DNA from: an uncultured Gemmatimonadaceae bacterium
GTDB lineage: Bacteria; Gemmatimonadota; Gemmatimonadetes; Gemmatimonadales; Gemmatimonadaceae
Assembly (NCBI GenBank): GCA_963716745.1
Contig: OY970320.1
Coordinates: forward strand, 544,001-608,000
Direction: 5' to 3'
Length of the DNA stretch: 64,000 nucleotides
Shown one piece after another: positions 40,534 to 53,658 of the stretch (position 1 is the stretch's first letter; every line of letters begins with the position of its first letter). The position numbers and the translations under genes are program-made. Below the pieces are notes generated by a model. That model searched no databases. It saw nothing but the letters and a program-made list of their open reading frames with translations, and had not been told where the DNA came from.

Positions 40534-41264
40534 GCGCGCGCCGCGAGGGCCAGCTCGCGAACGGCGCGCGCGCCGCCCTGTTCGAATCGCGTGCCCACCA
40601 CGACGAAATCCGCGCCGGCCGCGCGCGCGGCGCGCACGCCATCCGCGCTGCGCACGCCGCCGCCCACGAACAGGGGCCCGCGCGCCGCCTCGCGCGCGGC
40701 ACGGATCATCTCCGGCGCCACCGCGCGCGTCGCGCCGCTGCCGGCATCCACGTACGTCGCGCGCAGACCGAGCGTCATTCCTGCGCGCACGTGCGCCGCG
40801 AGCAATTCCGGTTTGTCGGCGGGAAGGGGACGCGTTTGGCTCACTGACTCCACGCTGGTTACGCGCCCGCCATCCACGAGACAGTACGCCGTCGCGATCA
40901 CTTCGATCTCCGGGTGCCGCTCGAGGAACGGCACGGCGCGCACATGCTCTTCGATCAAGTATTGCGGGTTCCGCCCGCTGATGAGCGACAGGAACAGCAC
41001 CGCGTCCACGCCGGCCACGAGTTGCGCCGCGGTCGCGGGGAATTGCAGCACCGGCAATTCGGGCGCGGCCTCCTTGAGCGCTCGAGCGAGCGCGCCGCTG
41101 CTCGCATCGCCGCCGAAGCTCGTGCCAAGCAGCAGCGCGGCGGCGCCTTCGTCCGCAGCGCGCCGCGCGAGTTCGGCCGCTTCCACGGGATTCGTGCGCG
41201 CGGGATCGACGAGCACCGCGAGCCCGCCGGCGCTCTTCCCTGTGAGCGACGCGTACACGCTCAC
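40530..41264 (-). CDS. Geranylgeranylglyceryl-phosphate synthase family (PcrB-like, group II type)
   Basis: VLVDP, LQFP, DAVLFLSLISGRNPQYLIEEHV, TAYCLVDGG, YVDAGSGA, LFVGGGVRS, AGADFVVVG. Confidence 0.85.
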   Translation of the reverse strand: MSVYASLTGKSAGGLAVLVDPARTNPVEAAELARRAADEGAAALLLGTSFGGDASSGALARALKEAAPELPVLQFPATAAQLVAGVDAVLFLSLISGRNPQYLIEEHVRAVPFLERHPEIEVIATAYCLVDGGRVTSVESVSQTRPLPADKPELLAAHVRAGMTLGLRATYVDAGSGATRAVAPEMIRAAREAARGPLFVGGGVRSADGVRAARAAGADFVVVGTRFEQGGARAVRELALAARA

Positions 41265-41580
41265 GAGTCGAGCTCCGCCGCGACCTCGCCCACGCGCCAC
41301 ATAGCCCCCTCCGCGATCTCGGCCAAGAGATCCTGACGCTCGGCCGCCGCCTCGAACGCGTACGTCACGAGCGCGTCGGCCGCGAGCAGGTCGAGCGCGC
41401 GCTCACGGCCGGCTTCCTCGTCATCCTTGAGCGACACGAGCAGCGATTCCATCGCGTCGAGGCATCGCACGACGGTGAACTCCGCGTCCTGCTTGGCGGT
41501 CGCGCCCAGCGCATCGCGCACGCGCGCCGCAAGATTCTCCGGCGGAACCGGCGTCCGCCCGGCGAGCCACTCGGCGATGG

Positions 41581-41584
<4 letters not shown>
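41261..41584 (-). CDS. Hypothetical protein (107 aa)
   Basis: Overlaps alaS stop and next start; RERALDLLAADALVTYAFEAAA. Confidence 0.7.
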
Positions 41585-44389
<2,805 letters not shown>

Positions 44390-44403
44390 CTATGAACGGC
44401 AGA

Positions 44404-44470
44404 GCATCGTGCATCGGGCATCGTGCCTCGATTCTCGCCCTTTCGAGGCGCGATGCACGATGCACGACGC
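44404..44470. repeat. (GCATCGT)n heptamer inverted repeat just after the recX stop
   Basis: gcatcgt gcatcgg gcatcgt gcctcga ... tcgaggc gcgatgc acgatgc acgacgc. Confidence 0.85.
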
Positions 44471-44471
44471 C

Positions 44472-45121
44472 CTATACGATCTGCTTGAGTGCGATATGGA
44501 TCTCGTCCGGTTCATAGCCGCGGCGCGCGAGAAATCCATAGAGTCGGCGGCGCTTGGTGGGTGCGTCGAGCTTCGACATCGAGCGGAGCTTCTTCGTGAC
44601 GACGCCGGCGAGCGCTTCCGCGGGATCGATGCGCTCTTCCTCGCCGAACCTCGTCGATCGCAGCCGTGATCGCCTCACGCGGAACGCCACGCCGCGCCAA
44701 TTCCGACTGGATACGCCTCGACTCCCTCGCGCGCGATGCGCGTGCGAACGAATTGGCGCGCGAACACCTCGTCGTTGAGGGCGCCGAGCGCCACGAGACG
44801 CGCGACGGCTGCCTCGACGAGCGCCTCCGACTCCTTCTTTCGGATGAGCGCCATGCGAAGTTCTCGCACGGCGTACGCGCGCACGGCGAGCATCGCGAGG
44901 GCGCGATCGAATACGCGGAGCGACTCCGCTTCGGCGGCCACCCTCGTGGCAAGCGACTCGCTCCACTCGTCGCCGACGTGTACTGAAAGGCGGGCGATCG
45001 CGTCCACCGACAGCAACGCGGCGCGCCGGCCGTCCACGAGGACGTCGAATCGCCCCGGCCGGCGACCGGACTCTGAGATCTCCGGTGATGCGCGCGTCCG
45101 GCCCGAAATGCTCCGGTTCAT
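44472..45121 (-). CDS. recX: Regulatory protein RecX (frameshifted)
   Basis: RALAMLAVRAYAVRELR, LNDEVFARQFV, IQSELARRGV, RRLYGFLARRGY; downstream of recA. Confidence 0.88.
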
Positions 45122-45234
45122 CGCGCGCGGAAAAGCGCCGAGTGTGCGGCTGGCGGGACCGGGACCTCATCAGGTTGACCGCATCCACGCGCCTTTCACT
45201 CGACGCTCTTCATAGTGCCAGCCGCAACGGCCCG

Positions 45235-46278
45235 TTACTCCTCCGTCGGCGATTCCTCAGCGGCTTCGATCGCCTTGATCCCGAGAATGCCTTTCACCTT
45301 CTCTTCGACTTCGGCCATCATGGCGGGGTTGTCCTTGAGGAACATCTTCGCGTTCTCCCGGCCCTGCCCGATGCGCTGGTTGCCGTAGCTGTACCAGGCG
45401 CCCGACTTCTCGATGATGCCGGCCTCGGCGCCGATATCGACGAGCAGCGAGGTGTGGCTGATCCCTTCGGCGAACATGATGTCGAATTCGGCCTGCTTGA
45501 ACGGGGGCGCGACCTTGTTCTTCACGACTTTCACGCGCACGTGCGAGCCGATGACGTCTTCTTTCTCCTTCACTGGACCGATGCGGCGGATGTCGAGGCG
45601 CAGCGACGCGTAGAACTTGAGTGCCTTGCCGCCGGTGGTCGTCTCGGGGCTGCCGAACATGACGCCGATCTTCTCGCGCAGCTGATTGATGAAGATCACC
45701 GACGTCTTGGAGCGCGCGATCGCGCCGGTGAGCTTTCGGAGGGCCTGGCTCATGAGCCGGGCCTGCAGCCCCATGTGCGACTCGCCCATCTCGCCTTCGA
45801 TCTCGGCTTTCGGCACGAGCGCCGCCACCGAGTCGACCACGATCACGTCCACCGCGCCCGAACGCACGAGGATCTCGCAGATCTCGAGCGCCTGTTCGCC
45901 AGTGTCGGGCTGCGAGACGAGGAGGTTCTCGACGTCCACGCCGAGCTTGGCGGCGTATTCGGTATCGAGCGCATGTTCGGCGTCGATGAAGGCGGCGACC
46001 CCGCCGGCCTTCTGCGCGTTGGCCACGACGTGGAGACAGAGCGTGGTCTTACCGCTCGATTCCGGGCCGTAGATCTCGGTGACTCGGCCGCGGGGGATGC
46101 CGCCGATGCCGATGGCGGCGTCGAGATTGATGGCGCCGGTCGGGATGCACTCGAGCCGGACCCTCGGGGTGTCGGCGCCCATCCGCATGATGGAGCCCTT
46201 GCCGCAGCTCTTCTCGATCTGGGATATGGCCAGAACGAGGGCCTTCTTCTTGTCGTCCTGCATCGTGGAGACCGCCAT
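45235..46278 (-). CDS. recA: Recombinase RecA
   Basis: [41 protein letters not shown]. Confidence 0.99.
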   Translation of the reverse strand: MAVSTMQDDKKKALVLAISQIEKSCGKGSIMRMGADTPRVRLECIPTGAINLDAAIGIGGIPRGRVTEIYGPESSGKTTLCLHVVANAQKAGGVAAFIDAEHALDTEYAAKLGVDVENLLVSQPDTGEQALEICEILVRSGAVDVIVVDSVAALVPKAEIEGEMGESHMGLQARLMSQALRKLTGAIARSKTSVIFINQLREKIGVMFGSPETTTGGKALKFYASLRLDIRRIGPVKEKEDVIGSHVRVKVVKNKVAPPFKQAEFDIMFAEGISHTSLLVDIGAEAGIIEKSGAWYSYGNQRIGQGRENAKMFLKDNPAMMAEVEEKVKGILGIKAIEAAEESPTEE

Positions 46279-46327
46279 GGCTCGCCTACCCCCGATTTCG
46301 CGTGAAAGTGCTCAAATGAGCCGCCCC

Positions 46328-46371
46328 GAACCCGACCCGAACAAAGTACGAACCTGTCCCGCTCCCGTCAA
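46328..46371 (-). promoter_or_regulatory. recA sigma70-type promoter (TTGACG-17-TACTTT) overlapped by tandem GTTC-N7-GTTC boxes (putative LexA operator)
   Basis: -35 at 46366-46371, -10 at 46343-46348; GAAC at 46328, 46339 and 46350 with 11-bp periodicity. Confidence 0.65.
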
Positions 46372-46742
46372 TGGCCACTTCGTAGGTCGAAGGCGGCGGG
46401 GACATGCCGGATCTTCGCCCGTCCCTCCGTCACGATGACCCCGACCACGTCGAACCGATAGACCCAATTCGGGGCGCCGTACCGGTCCATCCATACTAAG
46501 GCGGACCGGACCAGCTCCCGCTGCTTTTTCCAATGTACGGCCTCGACCGGGTCGCCGAAGCCGAGCCTGGAGCGGGCCTTCACTTCGACGAAGGCGACGA
46601 CGCCGTCGCGCTCCATCACGAGGTCGAGGTCCCGGTGCCCGCTCCGCACACGCCGGCCCAGTGTGCGCCAGCCTTGTTCCGCGAGCCACCGCTCCGCGAT
46701 CCGTTCGCCCATGATCCCCAGCCGCTGAGTGTCCGCCGACAT
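46368..46742 (-). CDS. yraN: YraN family protein (UPF0102)
   Basis: LGIMGERIAERWL, DLDLV..FVEVKAR, RFDVVGV. Confidence 0.9.
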   Translation of the reverse strand: MSADTQRLGIMGERIAERWLAEQGWRTLGRRVRSGHRDLDLVMERDGVVAFVEVKARSRLGFGDPVEAVHWKKQRELVRSALVWMDRYGAPNWVYRFDVVGVIVTEGRAKIRHVPAAFDLRSGH

Positions 46743-46949
46743 GGGGCACAAGGTACAACGGCCCAAGAATCGTGTGGCACCGAAGGATTGCGCGCGGCAT
46801 CAAAACGGCGCGTGTGACACGCGCCGTCAGCGTCGTCAGACTCGCCGTCAGGTCGTTGCCGATCGCGTTCCGCCCGCGCCACGAGCCTGGCTGTCCGCCG
46901 TCATCGATGCCTCACCCGAGGAAGAATCGGAATGCCGTCACAAGATCGC

Positions 46950-47525
46950 TCAGCCCTCTTCACGCCTCCAGATCGCCCACACCGTGCAATTGGCATGCCC
47001 CTCGACCGGATAGTAGTGCCTCTTGAGCGCGTCGCGGATCTCATACGCGCGCGCGGGAGATGAGACCAATCCGCACTCGTTGAGGTCGGCCGGGAGGAAT
47101 GCCAATGGAAATCCCCCTCTGCAGTTCGTAAGCGAGCTCGTCTCGGTGTCGTCGATCAGCTCACAACCTTTGAAGACGAAGTCCGGCAGGCGAGCGGAAG
47201 CGATCTCCGGCTCCGTGGCCTCGCGCACTGCGGCGAGCACCTGATGCTGCAGCGGATCGAAGACCGCGCGCATGCGGTCCACGAGGTACCGCTCGTCGTC
47301 GAACACCGCCGAGAGCTCCTCAGCGAAGACCACGTGGCGGATATCTTCGTCGGAATATCGCCATTGAGTCGTGCCGGGCTCTGGAGCGATCCACGGATTC
47401 AGGCTGTGGTCGAGGCCTACGACCTCGACGAGCTGCGGCAGCCCGATGGACTCCATGTAGTTCGGCCACGCGTTTCCGAATGCCGTTGCCGAGAATCGCT
47501 CTGCCACTCGGTACGCGATCTGCAT
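46950..47525 (-). CDS. Hypothetical protein (191 aa)
   Basis: Open frame with normal amino-acid composition directly after ftsK. Confidence 0.7.
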   Translation of the reverse strand: MQIAYRVAERFSATAFGNAWPNYMESIGLPQLVEVVGLDHSLNPWIAPEPGTTQWRYSDEDIRHVVFAEELSAVFDDERYLVDRMRAVFDPLQHQVLAAVREATEPEIASARLPDFVFKGCELIDDTETSSLTNCRGGFPLAFLPADLNECGLVSSPARAYEIRDALKRHYYPVEGHANCTVWAIWRREEG

Positions 47526-47534
47526 CGCTCGCCT

Positions 47535-49832
47535 TTAGGCCTTCGGCCCCGCGATCCGCTCGAGCTCCTCGAACCCCACGAGAATATCCCGCGGCTTCGA
47601 ACCATCCGGCGGCCCGAGGATCCCCGCCTCCTGCAGCTGATCGATCAATCGCGCCGCGCGCCCGTAGCCGACCTTCAAGCGCCGTTGCAGCAGCGAAGTC
47701 GACCCACCCTGATTCTGGATGCACGCCTCCGCCGCCTCGCGGAACAGCTTGTCCCGCTCGCTCGGATCGCCGATCTCCCCGCCCTCGCCCGCCGCCGCCT
47801 CGGCCTCGCGCTTCCGCATCTCCTCGAGGATGTCCGCCTCGGCGCGCGGCTCCTCGGGCAGCAGGCCCTGCTTCGCGAGTTCCGCCTTTCGCTCCGCCGC
47901 GCGATCGCCGTACCACTTGAGCAGACGCTCGGTGTCCTCGCTCGTGATGAGCGCACCCTGGATGCGCGAGAGATCGCTCTTCCCCGGCGGGATGAACAGC
48001 ATGTCGCCGTTCCCCAGCAGCGACTCGGCGCCCATGCCGTCGATGATCGTGCGGCTGTCGACTTGCGACGCCACGCGGAACGCGATGCGGCTCGGGAAAT
48101 TCGCCTTGATCAGTCCCGTGATCACGTTCACGCTCGGCCGCTGCGTCGCGAGGATGAGATGGATCCCGATCGCGCGCGCCTTCTGCGCGAGGATCGCGAG
48201 CGGCGTCTCCACTTCGCTCTGCACGGTCATCATGAGATCGGCCAATTCGTCGATCACGATCACGATGTACGGCAACTCGCCGTCGGTGTACTCGCGCGCC
48301 TCGAAGGCGACATTCGGCTGCTTCGGCCAGCGCATTGGCGCTTTGCTCTTGAGCCGCTTGTTGAATTCCTGGATGTTGCGGCAGCCGTTCTCCGCGCACA
48401 ACTCGTAGCGCTGCTGCATCTCGATCTGCGCCCACTTGAGCACGCTCGCCGCGTCGCGATTGTCGGTGATCACCTTGTGGCGCAGGTGCGGCAGTTTGTT
48501 GTACACCGACAACTCGACCATCTTCGGATCCACCATCAAGAACCGCAGCGTGCGCGGCGTGTGCCGGTACACGAGGCTCGTGATGATGGTGTTCACGCAG
48601 ACGGATTTCCCCGAGCCCGTCGCGCCCGCGATGAGCAGGTGCGGCATCTTCGCGAGGTCCGCGACCACCGGCTTTCCCTCGAGATCCTTGCCCAGCACGA
48701 TCGGCAGCGCCGCGCGCGCCTTCGTGAACTCGTCGCTCTCGATGAGTTCGCGCAGCGCGACGATCTCGGCCGTCGGGTTCGGCACCTCCACGCCCACCGC
48801 GCCGCGCCCGGGGATCGGCGCCACGATGCGAATGCTCTGCGCCTTCATCGCGAGCGCGAGATCGTTCGAGAGGTTCGCTATCTGCCGCACCTTCACGCCC
48901 TCGTTGGGCTCCACCTCGAACTGGGTGACGACCGGACCCGAGGTGTGCTCGCCGAGCTTCGCGCCCACGTTGAACGACTTGAGCGTCGCGATGAGCTTGT
49001 CGCCGAGCTCCTTCATCGCCAGCTCCTCGCCGGCGTGGTCGCGGGTCTTCGCGGCCTCGAGCAGCGTGGGCGGCGGCAGCTCATCGTCCGCCTCCGGCAC
49101 GTGCGCGTCGATCGCCGCGGCGATGCGCTCGTCGTGCTCGGCGGTGAGTTCGGCCTTGCTCTTCTTTTTCTTCTTCTCGCGCGCGGGTTCCTCGGTCACC
49201 GCCTGGTCCGTGCCCATCCAGGAGTCGATCGCGGGCAACTCCTCCGGCGCCGGCTCGAGCGCGTCCGGCTTCTTCCGCTTCTTCTTGGACGACGCCGCCT
49301 CCTCCTCTGCGACGACCGCCGCGGGCATGCGCACCCCGACGAGCATCCGGATCGGATTGCGGCCGAGCGTCGCCGCGGCGAGCACGCTGAACAACAGGAC
49401 GAGCACGAACCACGCGCCGTTCGAGAACCACTTGTCGAAGTAGAAGCTGAAAAAGCCGCCCCAGATCCCGCTCATGACGCTCGAGGCGGGCGCACCGCTG
49501 TGCTCGACGAGTCCGATCCCGATCGGGAGCAGGGCCACGAGACCGAAGGTGAACCAGAACCAGGAGTGGTTGGGTTCCGCCTTCATGCGCCCGAACACCT
49601 GCAACCCCCACACGCCCGGCGTCAGCGCAAGCAGGAGCGTGCCGGGCAATCCGAAGATCTGCACGAAGAAGGATCGGAGGCACGACCCCGCGGGTCCCAA
49701 GAGTGCATGAGCGTTTACGCACGACACGGCGTGTGGATCGCCGGCGCCTACCGCAATCGCGGTGAGCATGAACGCGCTGAACACGAAGAGCGCGGTGGCG
49801 AGATACTCGGTGCGGTGCTCCTTGCTCCACAT
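47535..49832 (-). CDS. ftsK: DNA translocase FtsK
   Basis: N-terminal TMs, MPHLLIAGATGSGKS, IDELADLM, ATQRPS, gamma domain SLLQRRLKVGYGRAARLID. Confidence 0.97.
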   Translation of the reverse strand: MWSKEHRTEYLATALFVFSAFMLTAIAVGAGDPHAVSCVNAHALLGPAGSCLRSFFVQIFGLPGTLLLALTPGVWGLQVFGRMKAEPNHSWFWFTFGLVALLPIGIGLVEHSGAPASSVMSGIWGGFFSFYFDKWFSNGAWFVLVLLFSVLAAATLGRNPIRMLVGVRMPAAVVAEEEAASSKKKRKKPDALEPAPEELPAIDSWMGTDQAVTEEPAREKKKKKSKAELTAEHDERIAAAIDAHVPEADDELPPPTLLEAAKTRDHAGEELAMKELGDKLIATLKSFNVGAKLGEHTSGPVVTQFEVEPNEGVKVRQIANLSNDLALAMKAQSIRIVAPIPGRGAVGVEVPNPTAEIVALRELIESDEFTKARAALPIVLGKDLEGKPVVADLAKMPHLLIAGATGSGKSVCVNTIITSLVYRHTPRTLRFLMVDPKMVELSVYNKLPHLRHKVITDNRDAASVLKWAQIEMQQRYELCAENGCRNIQEFNKRLKSKAPMRWPKQPNVAFEAREYTDGELPYIVIVIDELADLMMTVQSEVETPLAILAQKARAIGIHLILATQRPSVNVITGLIKANFPSRIAFRVASQVDSRTIIDGMGAESLLGNGDMLFIPPGKSDLSRIQGALITSEDTERLLKWYGDRAAERKAELAKQGLLPEEPRAEADILEEMRKREAEAAAGEGGEIGDPSERDKLFREAAEACIQNQGGSTSLLQRRLKVGYGRAARLIDQLQEAGILGPPDGSKPRDILVGFEELERIAGPKA

Positions 49833-49838
49833 CCTCGC

Positions 49839-50585
49839 TTACCGTCCCCGCGCGGCGTCGGCCGCGCTGATCTGACGGTCCTGGTACACCGGCACCACCG
49901 GATATCCGTCAATGCGCGCGCACGCCTCGAGGTCGGCGCCATACCCCGCGTCGGCGAGCGCGCGTCCGTGCTCGCTGTCGCCGAAGAGACGCGCGAGGTT
50001 GTCGCCGTAGCGCTTCTCGATGAGCAGGCATGCGACCGCCGCATCACTCAGCGCGGTGGTGGTCGCGCGGCGGCCGATCGCTTTCACGAAGCGTCCGGCG
50101 CACGCGGCGTCTTCAAGCGCGAACTGGCGGTCGCTGCCGGCGCAGATGATGGTGACGTCGGCGCCCTGCTTGGTGGCCCCACGCATCGCGCGCGCCACCG
50201 CCGAGAAGTTCGCGTAGCTCGCGACCAATATCTCGCGCGCGCCCGAGAGTCCTGCGAACGCAGCGGTGCCGTTCGTCGTCGTGAACAGCACGGTCTTCCC
50301 TTCCACTTTGTCGCGCGTGTAGTCGAGCGGCGAGTTGCCCATGTCGAACCCTTCGATGGGCTGCATCTTCCGCTCGCCGCCGAGGATCACCTCGGAGCGG
50401 TCGAGCGCCTTGGAGCGCGTGATCACTTCATCGGCGCTCTCGAGCGGCACGACGAAGCGCGCACCGTTGTGCAGCGCGGCGGCGATGGTGGTGCTGGCCC
50501 GCAGGACGTCGATGATCGCCACGGCACGTCCGCTCACGAGCGCCGGCGCCGCCACGCCCGGGCCGAAGACGACGTCGATGCGCAT
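49839..50585 (-). CDS. comB: 2-phosphosulfolactate phosphatase family protein
   Basis: IDVLRASTTI, GGER, GNSP, TTTNGT, FALEDAACAG. Confidence 0.9.
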   Translation of the reverse strand: MRIDVVFGPGVAAPALVSGRAVAIIDVLRASTTIAAALHNGARFVVPLESADEVITRSKALDRSEVILGGERKMQPIEGFDMGNSPLDYTRDKVEGKTVLFTTTNGTAAFAGLSGAREILVASYANFSAVARAMRGATKQGADVTIICAGSDRQFALEDAACAGRFVKAIGRRATTTALSDAAVACLLIEKRYGDNLARLFGDSEHGRALADAGYGADLEACARIDGYPVVPVYQDRQISAADAARGR

Positions 50586-51938
<1,353 letters not shown>

Positions 51939-51961
51939 CTAGCGTGGCCGCCGGGCGCGGC

Positions 51962-53140
51962 TCAGGCGGAGCCGTCGCGCTGGAAGTCGTCCCACGACGT
52001 GTCGCTGGACGCTTCCACACCCTGCACGCGCAACGCGAACTCGCTGGGGTTGCTGGCGTAGAACATCGCCTGCTCGAACGACACGACCTTCTTCTTGTGC
52101 CACTGCATGAGCGACTGGTCGAAGGTCTGCATCCCGTACTGCACCGTGCCTTCCTTGATGAGGTCGGGGATGTTCAGCGACTTCGTCATGTCGCGGATCT
52201 GATCGCTCACCGCGGCGGTGTTCACGAGGATCTCCACCGCCGGCACGCGGCCCTTGCCGTCGGCGCGCGGCACGAGGCGCAGCGAGATGACCGCCGACAG
52301 CGCGCTCGCGAGCGTGAATCGCACCTCGGCCTGCTGGTGCGGCGCGTAGAAGGAGATCACGCGGTTGATCGTCTGCGTGGCGTCGGTCGTGTGCAGCGTG
52401 GAGAACACGAGGTGTCCCGTGTCGGCGGCCTTGAGCGCGACCTCGAGCGTCTCGAGGTCGCGGATCTCACCGATCAGGATGACGTCGGGGTCCTGCCGCA
52501 GCACGCGGCGCAGGGCGACCGAGAACGATCCGGTGTCGGCGCCCACTTCGCGCTGGTTGATCGACGACTTGTTGTCGCGGTGCAGGAACTCGATCGGATC
52601 CTCGATCGTGATGACGTTCGCGTGCCGCTTCTCGTTGATGTGCTGGATCATCGCGGCGAGCGCCGTGGATTTCCCCGAGCCGGTGACGCCGGTGACGAGC
52701 ACGAGCCCGCGCGGCTTCATCGCGACCTGCTCGACGACCGCGGGCAGATTCAGCTCGGTGACCGTCTTCACCTGGTACGGCACCGCGCGGAGCGCGTAGG
52801 CGATCGTGCCGCGCTGCTGATACACGTTCACGCGGAAACGGCCGATGCCCGGCACGCCGATCGCGAAGTCCGCCTCCTTATTCTCGGCGAACTCCTTCAC
52901 CTGCTTCGGCGTCATGATCTGCTCGGCGAGGACCTTGAGATCCTCGGGGCGCAGCGGCGGGACGTCGAGCGTGGAGAGATCGCCGTTGATCCGCAGCACC
53001 GGCGGCCGTCCCACTTTCAAGTGGAGGTCGGACGCGTTCTGCTGGATCATCCGCTGCAGCACCGCCTTGAAATTGAACGCGGCGGCGTTGGCGGGCGACG
53101 GGATGTCGACCTGCGCTGGGACTTGTGTCGTATTAGCCAT
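51962..53140 (-). CDS. pilT: Type IV pilus retraction ATPase (PilT/PilU family)
   Basis: ASDLHL, GRFRVN, GVTGSGKST, TIEDPIE, RQDPDVILIGEIRD, TGHLVFSTLHT, GMQTFDQSL. Confidence 0.9.
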   Translation of the reverse strand: MANTTQVPAQVDIPSPANAAAFNFKAVLQRMIQQNASDLHLKVGRPPVLRINGDLSTLDVPPLRPEDLKVLAEQIMTPKQVKEFAENKEADFAIGVPGIGRFRVNVYQQRGTIAYALRAVPYQVKTVTELNLPAVVEQVAMKPRGLVLVTGVTGSGKSTALAAMIQHINEKRHANVITIEDPIEFLHRDNKSSINQREVGADTGSFSVALRRVLRQDPDVILIGEIRDLETLEVALKAADTGHLVFSTLHTTDATQTINRVISFYAPHQQAEVRFTLASALSAVISLRLVPRADGKGRVPAVEILVNTAAVSDQIRDMTKSLNIPDLIKEGTVQYGMQTFDQSLMQWHKKKVVSFEQAMFYASNPSEFALRVQGVEASSDTSWDDFQRDGSA

Positions 53141-53627
53141 TTGGGTCGATCCGGAAGAGGACCTGTCCGTATTCGACGGGATGCGAATCCGGCACCAGTA
53201 CTTCGCGCACCACGCCCGCGTATTCCGATTCGATCTCGTTCATGATCTTCATCGCCTCGATGATGCAGAGGCCCTGTCCCTTCTCCACGCGTCCGCCTTC
53301 GCTGACATACGGCGCCGCACCCGGTTCGGGCGAGCGGTAGAACGTGCCCACCATCGGCGACTTCACTTCGAGCAGCTTCGACTTGGGCGCCGGCGCGGGC
53401 GCATCCGTCTCGGCCACGATCGGCGAACCATCGGTCGGCGTGAGCCGTGACGGCGCCGGCATCAACGCCGGCATCGCCATGGGCGCGGCCACCTGCACCG
53501 CGCCGCGCTGCTGGGGCGTCTTCGAGATCCGGATCTTCATCCCCTTGTCCGTGGAGATCTCGATCGAATCCACCGAAGAGCTGTCCAGCAGCTCCACGAG
53601 TTTCTTCACGTAGCGCAAATCGATCAT
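53133..53627 (-). CDS. accB: Biotin carboxyl carrier protein
   Basis: SPMVGTFYRSP, IIEAMKIMNEI. Confidence 0.97.
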   Translation of the reverse strand: MIDLRYVKKLVELLDSSSVDSIEISTDKGMKIRISKTPQQRGAVQVAAPMAMPALMPAPSRLTPTDGSPIVAETDAPAPAPKSKLLEVKSPMVGTFYRSPEPGAAPYVSEGGRVEKGQGLCIIEAMKIMNEIESEYAGVVREVLVPDSHPVEYGQVLFRIDPNG

Positions 53628-53658
53628 GGTCGTCTCGGCTCTCGCGTGGATCGCAAAC

